Source: Steroidobacteraceae bacterium
GTDB lineage: Bacteria > Pseudomonadota > Gammaproteobacteria > Steroidobacterales > Steroidobacteraceae
Assembly (NCBI GenBank): GCA_036273735.1
Contig: DASUHA010000033.1
Coordinates: forward strand, 23,978-47,977
Direction: 5' to 3'
DNA length: 24,000 bases
Both the position numbers and the translations under genes were made by a program. Each line of letters begins with the position of its first letter. Positions within the stretch are counted from its first letter, which is position 1. The notes below the pieces were generated by a model, which made no database searches, was not told the DNA's origin, and saw only the letters and a program-made list of their open reading frames with translations. Positions 15,789 to 22,789 of this stretch are shown piece by piece.

Positions 15789-16073
15789 ATGCTGCTTCCG
15801 AAAACCTTTGCCCATTTCAATGGCTGCCTTTACGTTCCCGATCAAGGGCGCTACTTACTGAAACTACTTGAGACTGGCGGGGCACGTCAGTTCCTAGACG
15901 AGCTGGAGCGGCTGTCAAAGTTAGGGTCGCCATGGGCATCGGCAATTCTTGGATATATGGCTTTGATGCCCGGACCCGATGGAACGCGTGATGTTGCTCG
16001 CGCACTGGAGCTGTGCAGGCCCCACGCTCATGCTGGAGATTCGTACGCACAGTTCGTCTTCGCGTGGGCTTGA
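15789..16073 (+). CDS. Hypothetical protein with a Sel1/TPR-like repeat; possibly the N-terminal part of a frameshifted gene
   Basis: 94 aa. ...LGSPWASAILGYMALMPGPDGTRDVARALELCRPHAHAGDSYAQFVFAWA resembles a Sel1-like repeat (A..LG.....G...D...A......A..GD..AQ). It ends at a TGA, and a similar repeat continues in the +2 frame. Confidence 0.4.
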   Translation: MLLPKTFAHFNGCLYVPDQGRYLLKLLETGGARQFLDELERLSKLGSPWASAILGYMALMPGPDGTRDVARALELCRPHAHAGDSYAQFVFAWA

Positions 16074-16108
16074 TTCTCAGTAGTCAACTAAAGCTCGGAT
16101 TCGAGTCG

Positions 16109-16516
16109 ATGCAGAAGGCGGCTGGATCCGGATTTGCTCCGGCATCCGTCGATCTTGCTACCCTTATCTGGAATCTTCCTGCCAAAGTGGCAAGCGATAC
16201 CGCCGCCGCTCTCCAAGCGTTGAAGGTCGCAGGCCGAGCAGGGCATAAGGCGTCTGCGGTATGGAGGTATGCCTTCTATAAATCTGGTCGCGTTGGCCTA
16301 TGGCGGCGACCGATTGTCTATCTCTTCGCGCCCTTCGCCCGGTTGCGCCTGATTTTCGCCGGATTCAAAGATCCATTTCCGTGCCGAGTGGTTCATCTTT
16401 CAGCAGCACGTCACCTCGCCGCTACTTCGCGAGGTACCGCGGCCGCCATTCTTCCAAGCGTTCGTGGACAGTTTCCGGGAGAGTTTCCCTTAGCCCATCG
16501 CATCGCTGGCTCCTGA
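16109..16516 (+). CDS. Hypothetical Sel1-like repeat protein, or the C-terminal part of a frameshifted gene
   Basis: Translation from ATG 16109 reads MQKAAGSGFAPASVDLATLIWNLP...ALQALKVAGRAGHKASAVWRYAFYKSGRVG.... The open frame extends upstream to 16013 and overlaps the end of the previous ORF. Confidence 0.35.
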   Translation: MQKAAGSGFAPASVDLATLIWNLPAKVASDTAAALQALKVAGRAGHKASAVWRYAFYKSGRVGLWRRPIVYLFAPFARLRLIFAGFKDPFPCRVVHLSAARHLAATSRGTAAAILPSVRGQFPGEFPLAHRIAGS

Positions 16517-16522
16517 GCCGCT

Positions 16523-17113
16523 TCAAGCGGCAGGGCTGATGATGTCGCTGGGCGAGGTAATGAGGACGCAGGTGCAGCCCGTTTCGCTCCATACGAGTGT
16601 GTCGGCCGTGCCAGGCTCTGCTCGATTATAGTCCCCGGGGTAGAGCTTGCGATCCTCTATCCAGAGCTCACCGCTCAGGAGAAACAGCTCTTCCACTCCT
16701 GCGTGGCGGTGAGGCGGATACGCGGTACCCGGAGAGAGGCGCACCAACATACTCACCCGGTCGTGCTCCGTGTCGGTCGCAAGCAGCTTGCAGGAAATGC
16801 CGGGCGCCACATCCTCCCATTCGGCTTCCTTCCAGGCGAGGACCTCGGGCAGCACGGAGTCCTCACGGGCCTCTTCACCGAGGCGCTCCTGGACGCGGCT
16901 CCACATCGAGTGCGACGGTCGGAGAATATCCACGGGCCAGGACGCGAAGGAATCGACCACAGGGTGCAGTGACTCGAGTTCTTGCCGACATTCGGGGCAA
17001 CTCGCGAGGTGCTCTTCCAGGAGTCGTATCTCGCTGGAGGGCAATGCGCCCAGGACGTACAGGGGGATCAGCTCGGCCCGCTCGCAACGGGGTTGTTCCG
17101 CATTTGCGCTCAC
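16523..17113 (-). CDS. chrR: ChrR-type anti-sigma factor: N-terminal zinc-binding anti-sigma (ZAS) domain plus C-terminal cupin domain
   Basis: 196 aa. ZAS motif HLASCPECRQE (H-x3-C-x2-C). Cupin region VRLSPGTAYPPHRHAGVEELFLLSGELWIEDRKLYPGDY. The GTG start overlaps the stop of the upstream ECF sigma gene (GTGA). Confidence 0.85.
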   Translation of the reverse strand: MSANAEQPRCERAELIPLYVLGALPSSEIRLLEEHLASCPECRQELESLHPVVDSFASWPVDILRPSHSMWSRVQERLGEEAREDSVLPEVLAWKEAEWEDVAPGISCKLLATDTEHDRVSMLVRLSPGTAYPPHRHAGVEELFLLSGELWIEDRKLYPGDYNRAEPGTADTLVWSETGCTCVLITSPSDIISPAA

Positions 17114-17706
17114 GGTGGTCGTTCCCTCTGCACGGACAAGGCCTGGCGGAGCTTCTCCAGACCCGAGCGAATTCGCGTCTTGACCGTGCCGAGCGGCAGA
17201 TCAAGCCGCGCAGCGACTTCCGCGTAGCTCAGCTCCAGAAAGAAAGCGGCCTCGATCGCCTCGCGCTCGGCCGACGTTAGCACGCTCAGGGATTTCCTCA
17301 GGACCTGGCCCTGCTGGAGGGCTTCGATCGCCTCGCCGGTGTTGTCCATACCGCCTCCCACAGATCCGTCGTCTGCGGGAAAAGGCGCGGTGCGCTTCTT
17401 TCGTTGCTCGTACCGTAAGCGGTCGATCGCCCGGCTGCGTGCCTGGTTCATGATCCAACCCAAGACGGGGCCGCCAGCGGGGTCATACCCGGCTGCTCGC
17501 TGCCAAACCGCATGGAAGGTGTCCACCGTCACCTCCTCCGCGGACTGGCGGTCGTTGAGAAGCCGCGCGAGAAAGGTGAAGACCAAGCGGTGCGTGCTCT
17601 GGTACAAAGCGCGTAGCGCGCGTTGATCTCCGGCAGCCATCGCTCGCACGAGCGCCACCCACGCGCCTTCCGATACACGCGCCCGTGTACGGTCCGCATA
17701 AAGCAA
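17110..17706 (-). CDS. ECF (group IV) sigma-70 factor, RpoE(ChrR-partner)-like
   Basis: Region 2 (EEVTVDTFHAVWQRAAGYDPAGGPVLGWIMNQARSRAIDRLR) and region 4 (LTSAEREAIEAAFFLELSYAEVAARLDLPLGTVKTRIRSGLEKLR). The N-terminus AWVALVRAMAAGDQRALRALY parallels Rhodobacter RpoE (DWVALMRAI...). The start is uncertain: TTG 17706 is chosen because the maximal ORF (to 17823) overlaps the upstream small gene by 92 nt. GTG 17658 and ATG 17640 are alternatives. Confidence 0.8.
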   Translation of the reverse strand: MLYADRTRARVSEGAWVALVRAMAAGDQRALRALYQSTHRLVFTFLARLLNDRQSAEEVTVDTFHAVWQRAAGYDPAGGPVLGWIMNQARSRAIDRLRYEQRKKRTAPFPADDGSVGGGMDNTGEAIEALQQGQVLRKSLSVLTSAEREAIEAAFFLELSYAEVAARLDLPLGTVKTRIRSGLEKLRQALSVQRERPP

Positions 17707-17731
17707 GTCACCAAGGGTATCCGGCGGGCAA

Positions 17732-18082
17732 TCAACCTTCGGCCCCTTGGTCTCCGGTGCTGCGTTTACGCTCACGACCAGAAATAATGCCCCCATCGTC
17801 CGCGGGTGGCAAGGAGTGGCCATTCAAGTCGCGGGTCCGGCGCTCGGTCTCCCATGCCCCGAAGCACTTGGCATGGACGTGGTAGCTGGTCGCGGCCGCG
17901 ACCTGGTCCGAAGCGAACTGAAGCTCAAGTTCGACATCATCCTTATCCACCGCCTCGCCACACACGGCGCATGGTTCGCCACTGCCGGGCCCGCCCCACA
18001 CACGTTCGGGGCGATGGTTTGGCAAGCTGCCCGTCGTCATCGCCTCTCGAGCCCGGACGCGCGGTACACTCTCTTCACCCAT
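17732..18082 (-). CDS. Small hypothetical protein with a CxxC...HxHxxC motif (possible zinc-binding)
   Basis: ATG 18082 is preceded by a strong RBS (GGGAGGAGtaaaaaagATG). 116 aa: MGEESVPRVRAREAMTTGS...GEPCAVCGEAVDKDDVELELQFASDQVAAATSYHVHAKCFGAWETER.... Same strand as the ECF sigma/chrR pair and immediately upstream of it. Confidence 0.5.
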   Translation of the reverse strand: MGEESVPRVRAREAMTTGSLPNHRPERVWGGPGSGEPCAVCGEAVDKDDVELELQFASDQVAAATSYHVHAKCFGAWETERRTRDLNGHSLPPADDGGIISGRERKRSTGDQGAEG

Positions 18083-18273
18083 CTTTTTTACTCCTCCCGC
18101 CGGCCGCAGCCGCGTTCCTCCATAGAACGACAAATACGGCTTGGCGGATTTCCCGTGCGCCGCTCCAGCGGCGCCGAGGAATATGCGAATGCGAAGGGCG
18201 CCGGGTTCGAGCTACTCGTGCCGAAACCCGTTACGCTCGAGTCGCTTCACGCTCTCCTGTTGAGCCGGCTGCC

Positions 18274-19431
18274 TCAGTTGGAGGTGTTGGAGGTCGAGGA
18301 AAATATGCGCTCGAGCTCATAAGGCTTCGCCGCTTCCAGCTGCTGGTACGTGCACTCCTCCGCCCGCTTGTCGGGTCGCCAGCGCAGAAACTGAGTCGCG
18401 TGACGAAAGCGCCGGCCCTGCATGTGATCGTATTTGACCTCGCAGACGCGCTCGATCCTGAGGGGCTCCCAGGACAGATCCTTCCCGGCACTCCAGCGAC
18501 TTTGGGCGCCGGGCATTCGGGTCGATTCGGCAGCCGGGCTCGCCCAATCGCGCCAGGGATGATCGCGCGTCGCATTCCTGCGTAGCGGTGCGAGCTCCTC
18601 CGCAAGTTGCCGCCGCATCGCCATCGTGAACGAGGATGTAACTCCCACGTGCTGGAGGGCTCCCGCCTCATCGTACAGCCCGAGCAACAGCGAACCCACG
18701 ACATCGTTGCCGCTTTTGTGCCGGCGGAGGCCGGCTACTACACAATCAGCCGTGCGCACGTGCTTGACCTTGATCATGGCGCGTTTGCCGGGCACGTACG
18801 TCCCCGATCGCAGCTTCGCGATCACTCCGTCCAGTCCCGCTCCTTCGAAGCGCGTCAGCCAGTCGCGCGCGATGGAATGATCGCGGGTCATGGGCGTGAT
18901 GTGAATGGGTGGTCCCGTTCCTCGGAGCAACTCTTCGAGCGCGGCGCGTCGTGTCGCTTGTGGCTCCGCCATGAAACTGTGTTTCCCTCGCGCCAGGATA
19001 TCGAAGGCTACGAAGGAAGATGGCGCCTCGTGAGCGAGCTTCTCGACGCGTGACGCCGCCGGGTGGAGCCTGAGCTGCAGCGCGTCGAAGTCCAGGCCCG
19101 CTTTCGTCGCAATCACGATCTCGCCGTCCAGGACCGAGCTCGCGGGCAGCCCCCGAAGCAGCGCCTCATGCAAGTCAGGAAAGTACCGGTCGAGCGGCCG
19201 CGCGTCGCGGCTCTGTATGTAGACTCCGCCTGGGTCGCGAAACACGATCGCCCGAAAGCCATCCCATTTGGGCTCATATAGATAGTCGCCGAGGGGCAAC
19301 TCGCTCCCGAGCTTAGCCAGCATCGGTTCGACCGGTGGCGCGACGGCGAGTCCAGCCCAACGTTTTTTCCGCTTCACGAGCAGTCTGCCGTAGCGCTCGG
19401 CGTTCCCGCCGAGCCGAGAGCGGACCGGCAC
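18274..19431 (-). CDS. ATP-dependent DNA ligase (stand-alone LigC-type adenylation plus OB domains)
   Basis: 385 aa. PPVEPMLAK...YLYEPKWDGFRAIVF (motif I, KxDG), LDGEIV (motif III), FVAFDIL, GLDGVIAK (motif IV-like), MIKVKHVRTADCVVAG (motif V), and a C-terminal OB domain with ...FRHATQFLRWRPDK (motif VI). The start is uncertain (GTG 19431 or GTG 19377). Confidence 0.88.
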   Translation of the reverse strand: MPVRSRLGGNAERYGRLLVKRKKRWAGLAVAPPVEPMLAKLGSELPLGDYLYEPKWDGFRAIVFRDPGGVYIQSRDARPLDRYFPDLHEALLRGLPASSVLDGEIVIATKAGLDFDALQLRLHPAASRVEKLAHEAPSSFVAFDILARGKHSFMAEPQATRRAALEELLRGTGPPIHITPMTRDHSIARDWLTRFEGAGLDGVIAKLRSGTYVPGKRAMIKVKHVRTADCVVAGLRRHKSGNDVVGSLLLGLYDEAGALQHVGVTSSFTMAMRRQLAEELAPLRRNATRDHPWRDWASPAAESTRMPGAQSRWSAGKDLSWEPLRIERVCEVKYDHMQGRRFRHATQFLRWRPDKRAEECTYQQLEAAKPYELERIFSSTSNTSN

Positions 19432-19569
19432 GCGAGTTGCGGGCGCAGTGAGCGGTGTCGGAATGCGCGAAAGTCGCTACAAGCGTTGTCGCTGACGATG
19501 CGCGATTCCCGATTCCCGAGGAGTTCGTTCCGTCGCCGTGAAAACCTGGAACTGAATGAGGACTGAGCG

Positions 19570-20430
19570 ATGAGCGCTCCATTTCCGAAACCGCCATTTG
19601 CCGACCAGCGCCAACCCGTGCCGGGAAAGAGCGCCGCCATGGACCCGCCGCCCGACCACGGTGAGGAGAGCTATAAAGGCTCGGGACGGCTGACCGGCAA
19701 GAAGGCAGTGATCACCGGCGCCGATAGTGGCATCGGTCGCGCGGTCGCGCTGGCTTACGCGCGGGAGGGCGCGGATGTACTAGTGAGCTATTGTAATGAG
19801 CACGACGACGCGCGGGAGACACAGCGCCTCATTGAAGAGGCGGGACGCAAGTGCATCCTGGTGAGTGGCGACATCAAGGATCCGAAGCACTGTCAAGCCC
19901 TCATCGAGAAGGCCGTAAAGACTTTCGGCCGCATCGACATTCTGGTCAATAACGCTGCTCATCAGGCCAGCTTCGATTCCCCTGAAGAGATCAGTGACGA
20001 GGAGTGGGACGTTACTTTTCGCACGAACATCTATGCGATGTTCTATCTCACGAAAGCGGCGCTGCGGCACATGAAACCCGGCGCTGCGATCATCAACACC
20101 ACCTCGGTGAACGCGGATACGCCAAGTCCGCAACTCCTCGCCTACGCGACGACGAAGGGCGCGATCCAGAACTTCACGGGCGGCCTTGCCCAGCTGCTTG
20201 CAGAACGCGGTATTCGCGTCAATTGCGTCGCGCCCGGACCAATTTGGACGCCACTGATTCCGTCCACGATGCCCAAGGACAAAGTGAAGAACTTTGGAAG
20301 CCAAGTGCCGATGAAGCGGCCAGGGCAGCCGAAGGAGCTCGCGCCCGTGTACGTCATGCTCGCCGCGGACGAGGCGAGTTATGTGTCCGGAGCAACCGTA
20401 GCCGTGACGGGCGGCAAACCAATTCTCTGA
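19570..20430 (+). CDS. SDR-family oxidoreductase of the YghA/YdaD (general stress protein 39-like) subgroup
   Basis: 286 aa. N-terminal Q.QP.PG....M.P.P....YKGSGRLTGK leader typical of this subgroup, Rossmann motif TGADSGIGRAVA, NNAA, and catalytic Y-x3-K (YATTKGA). Confidence 0.88.
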   Translation: MSAPFPKPPFADQRQPVPGKSAAMDPPPDHGEESYKGSGRLTGKKAVITGADSGIGRAVALAYAREGADVLVSYCNEHDDARETQRLIEEAGRKCILVSGDIKDPKHCQALIEKAVKTFGRIDILVNNAAHQASFDSPEEISDEEWDVTFRTNIYAMFYLTKAALRHMKPGAAIINTTSVNADTPSPQLLAYATTKGAIQNFTGGLAQLLAERGIRVNCVAPGPIWTPLIPSTMPKDKVKNFGSQVPMKRPGQPKELAPVYVMLAADEASYVSGATVAVTGGKPIL

Positions 20431-20597
20431 TGGCGTAAACAGCCAACTTCGGGAAATCAATGGGTTAGTGCGGAAGGGTTGTGCGCCAGCGGGCAGTCGC
20501 AGCCGGCGGTCGCTTCGTGCGTTGATTCGGACCTGGGCCCGGCCTAGACTTTTCGAGCAGTCCAGCGCGGCACCCGAGACTGCAGCGAGGGTGAGCC

Positions 20598-20963
20598 ATG
20601 CAAGGGTCTCTCTTCCGTTTCTACGTGCACGAGGGCCACCGCCACCGCGGGCGCCTTGCATGGGAGTGGCTGCTCGAGCAAGGCAACGAACTCGGTATTC
20701 GGGGCGGCTCCGCCTTCAAGGCCATGGCCGGGTTCGGCCGACATCACGTTCTGCACGAGGCGCGTTTCTTCGAGCTTGCAGGAACTCTCACTGTCGAAGT
20801 GGAGTTCATCGTGTCGCCTGAGGAGGCGCAGAAGCTCCTGGAGCTGCTACACAGGGAGGAGGTGCGCCTTTTCTACGCCTACACGCCCGCCTGCTTCGGC
20901 GTGATCAATCCGGACGCGTCCGACGCACCCTCCGTGAGAGGCTGTCCCGAGTCGATCGCATAG
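20598..20963 (+). CDS. DUF190 (PII-like fold) domain protein
   Basis: 121 aa. FRFYVHEGHRHRGRLAWEWLLEQGNELGIRGGSAFKAMAGFGRHH...LTVEVEFIVSPEEAQKLLELL matches the DUF190 pattern as I recall it (...GatV.rGi.GfG...). The RBS GAGGG lies upstream of the ATG. Confidence 0.7.
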   Translation: MQGSLFRFYVHEGHRHRGRLAWEWLLEQGNELGIRGGSAFKAMAGFGRHHVLHEARFFELAGTLTVEVEFIVSPEEAQKLLELLHREEVRLFYAYTPACFGVINPDASDAPSVRGCPESIA

Positions 20964-21031
20964 TGACGCGCGGCCGCCGAGGGGCCAAGGCATCCGCCGC
21001 GCGGCCGCGTCCGGACTGGACGGCTCAGCCC

Positions 21032-21418
21032 TCAGTGGGAGGTGAAAGCCTCGCGAAGCTGCCGAAACTGCGCTTTCATCTGATTCGCGTTCGCTGCCAA
21101 CTGGCGCTTGGTGGTCGGGCCGTCCGCGGCCGCCGCTTTGATGAAGGCGAGATCCGCCCTGGGCCTATCTCCGGCGACCAGGTAGCACTGACCGGCCAAC
21201 CGGTATTGCGCTTTGCGAAATGCCAGGTCCGCTCGCTCGTGGGCCAGCCTCGCGTCCTTACCGAGGCATGCCTTCTGCCCGGTATCGGCGGCGGTGCTGG
21301 CGGTCGGACTGCCCGCCGCAGCGGTAGGCATGCCCTGCAGGATCGCTGGACTCGAACAGAGACTGAGGACGACGAGAAGTCCCCACCGCAGCGAGCGACG
21401 AGTGTGCGCATTCATCAT
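21032..21418 (-). CDS. Small secreted hypothetical protein
   Basis: ATG 21418 is preceded by AGGAGG (7-nt spacer). N-terminus MMNAHTRRSLRWGLLVVLSLCSSPAILQG is signal-peptide-like, followed by an Ala-rich helical body. No family recognised. The overlapping plus-strand ORF 20963.. was rejected over this region. Confidence 0.55.
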   Translation of the reverse strand: MMNAHTRRSLRWGLLVVLSLCSSPAILQGMPTAAAGSPTASTAADTGQKACLGKDARLAHERADLAFRKAQYRLAGQCYLVAGDRPRADLAFIKAAAADGPTTKRQLAANANQMKAQFRQLREAFTSH

Positions 21419-21580
21419 GTCAGCCCCTCCTGTCACCGAACCACAATGGGCTCGGTTTCGGGCTCAACAAGGCGCGGCCTCTCTCCCCGAGGAGGTAGGG
21501 CGTCTACTTCCATATGGGGCGCAGGCGCCTATCATCCCGACTTGCTGGTACTACGAACCGCCAGACAGGCAGGTGCGCAC

Positions 21581-22045
21581 GTGAACAGAAAAATCTACGT
21601 CAATACGAGGCCGTCACCTTACGTCGAAGAAATCGTTGTCGGGGGCCATACGCTCCTCGCGGACGAGCCGAGCGAGGTCGGAGGTATGGACGCGGGGCCG
21701 AACCCCTACGAGCTCCTTCTGGCCGCCCTCGGGACGTGCACCTGCATCACGGTGCGAATGTATGCGGAGCGCAAGCATTGGCTGCTCGAGGCGGTGCAGG
21801 TGACCCTGACGCACGCCAAGGCCCATGCCGAGGATTGTGTCGCGTGCGAGACCGAGGCCAGGTCGCTCGATCAGATAGAGGTGGAGATCAGCCTGACGGG
21901 AGATTTGTCCGGCGAGCAGCGGCAAAGGCTGCTCGCGATTGCCGGCAAGTGCCCGGTCCACCGCACACTGATCTCCCAGGTCCGGATCAGTACGCGCGCC
22001 GTGCAGCCCCTCGAGGTTGCGCCCGCTTCATCAGGTACTCCCTGA
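21581..22045 (+). CDS. OsmC-family protein (OsmC/Ohr peroxiredoxin-like fold)
   Basis: Translation from GTG 21581 gives 154 aa: VNRKIYVNTRPSPYVEEIVVGGHTLLADEPSEVGGMDAGPNPYELLLAALGTCTCITVRMYAERKHW...AGKCPVHRTL. This shows the two conserved Cys-containing OsmC motifs. The rest of the 360-aa track ORF upstream is noncoding or antisense. Confidence 0.8.
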   Translation: MNRKIYVNTRPSPYVEEIVVGGHTLLADEPSEVGGMDAGPNPYELLLAALGTCTCITVRMYAERKHWLLEAVQVTLTHAKAHAEDCVACETEARSLDQIEVEISLTGDLSGEQRQRLLAIAGKCPVHRTLISQVRISTRAVQPLEVAPASSGTP

Positions 22046-22054
22046 AGCCTTCGG

Positions 22055-22789
22055 TCAGGAAATCGAGGTCGCGAGAGAGCCGGCGCTCGCGATCGTTCCG
22101 GTCGCGATGACCGCCCCGGTCGGCTGGCCTGTCGGCGAGCCGCCGGGCGGTTCCACTGAAACGGCAAGCACCGCCGTCGGACCTACCCGGGCGAGCAGAG
22201 CGGGCCCCAGCGGGAGAGTAATAGGCGCGTCGGCGGCTATCATACCGACGGCAATGGGCTTCTCGCCTTTGGGGATCAGCCAGAGCTCTGGAGCACGACC
22301 CGTCGCCAGGCCCTGCGGGGCGGCGGGCACGACGATGATCCGCGCGTTGCTGATGTCCATCGTCGCTGTCCAACCAACGTTGCCGTTCTGCTGTGCGAGC
22401 GTCGATGCCATGTATGTGACGGATGGTGCCGACGGCTGGCGGACGATGAGGACAAGAGCCAGGATGCACGCCACGGCTATCGCACCGGCCCCCAGGCTCA
22501 ACCAGTGCCACACGCGCACATTCTCCCAGAAACCCGGCGGCTGGCGGTCTCGAGGATCAAAGCGCAGTTCCGTGCGAATCCTCTGCCAGAGACGCATCGG
22601 CGGCTCGCGATCGGCGATCTCCGCGGCCAGTGGCAGCAGGCGGCGATGCCACGCTGCGACGGTGGCCGCGGCCGCATCGCTCTCCTGCATCTCGCGCTCT
22701 ACGGCGGCGCGTGCATCCGCGTCGAGTACGCCGAGGACGTATTCGGCATAGCGCAGCTCGGGGTCGTCGTCGCGTAGCGGAGTGTTCAT
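22055..22789 (-). CDS. Membrane-spanning anti-sigma factor, RskA (anti-sigma-K)-like
   Basis: 244 aa. N-terminal anti-sigma helix region (LRYAEYVLGVLDADARAAVEREM...), one TM segment (WHWLSLGAGAIAVACILALVLIV), and a periplasmic RskA-type C-terminus ending ...LAVSVEPPGGSPTGQPTGAVIATG. Its ATG overlaps the stop of the upstream ECF sigma gene (ATGA). Confidence 0.8.
   Translation of the reverse strand: MNTPLRDDDPELRYAEYVLGVLDADARAAVEREMQESDAAAATVAAWHRRLLPLAAEIADREPPMRLWQRIRTELRFDPRDRQPPGFWENVRVWHWLSLGAGAIAVACILALVLIVRQPSAPSVTYMASTLAQQNGNVGWTATMDISNARIIVVPAAPQGLATGRAPELWLIPKGEKPIAVGMIAADAPITLPLGPALLARVGPTAVLAVSVEPPGGSPTGQPTGAVIATGTIASAGSLATSIS

Noticed and set aside
14276-16522. Search for a direct repeat of the tRNA-Lys 3' end (attR) bounding the island
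   Set aside because: No convincing copy of ...GGTTCGATCCCTACACGGCCCACCA or of a 15-nt or longer part of it was spotted by eye downstream. The island boundary is therefore left undefined rather than annotated.
16519-16533. Perfect hairpin GCCGCTtcaAGCGGC at the convergent junction of the Sel1-like ORF and chrR
   Set aside because: It lies inside the chrR 3' coding region, has a short 6-bp stem with a 3-nt loop, and has no flanking T/A tracts. That is insufficient to call a terminator.
17806-18585. 259-aa plus-strand ORF and the 17747..18322 ORF across the small-gene/ligase region
   Set aside because: Both have shadow-ORF composition and are antisense to the ligase OB domain. Only the short receiver-like stretch at 18173..18271 was kept, as a low-interest finding.
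20431-20597. Possible fluoride (crcB-motif) riboswitch upstream of the DUF190 gene
   Set aside because: I looked for the conserved GGCGATG...AACCGCC...CTGATGA-type core and pseudoknot elements and did not find them by eye. A covariance-model scan would be the decisive check.
19780-20661. 293-aa minus-strand ORF antisense to the SDR gene
   Set aside because: The SDR frame on the plus strand has the TGxxxGxG, NNAA and YxxxK motifs. The antisense product is Arg-rich with no motifs.
20963-21580. 5' two-thirds of the 360-aa plus-strand ORF 20963..22045
   Set aside because: Only the last 154 codons (from GTG 21581) look like an OsmC-family protein. The upstream part is low-complexity. It is also antisense to a minus-strand gene that has a strong AGGAGG RBS and a signal peptide.
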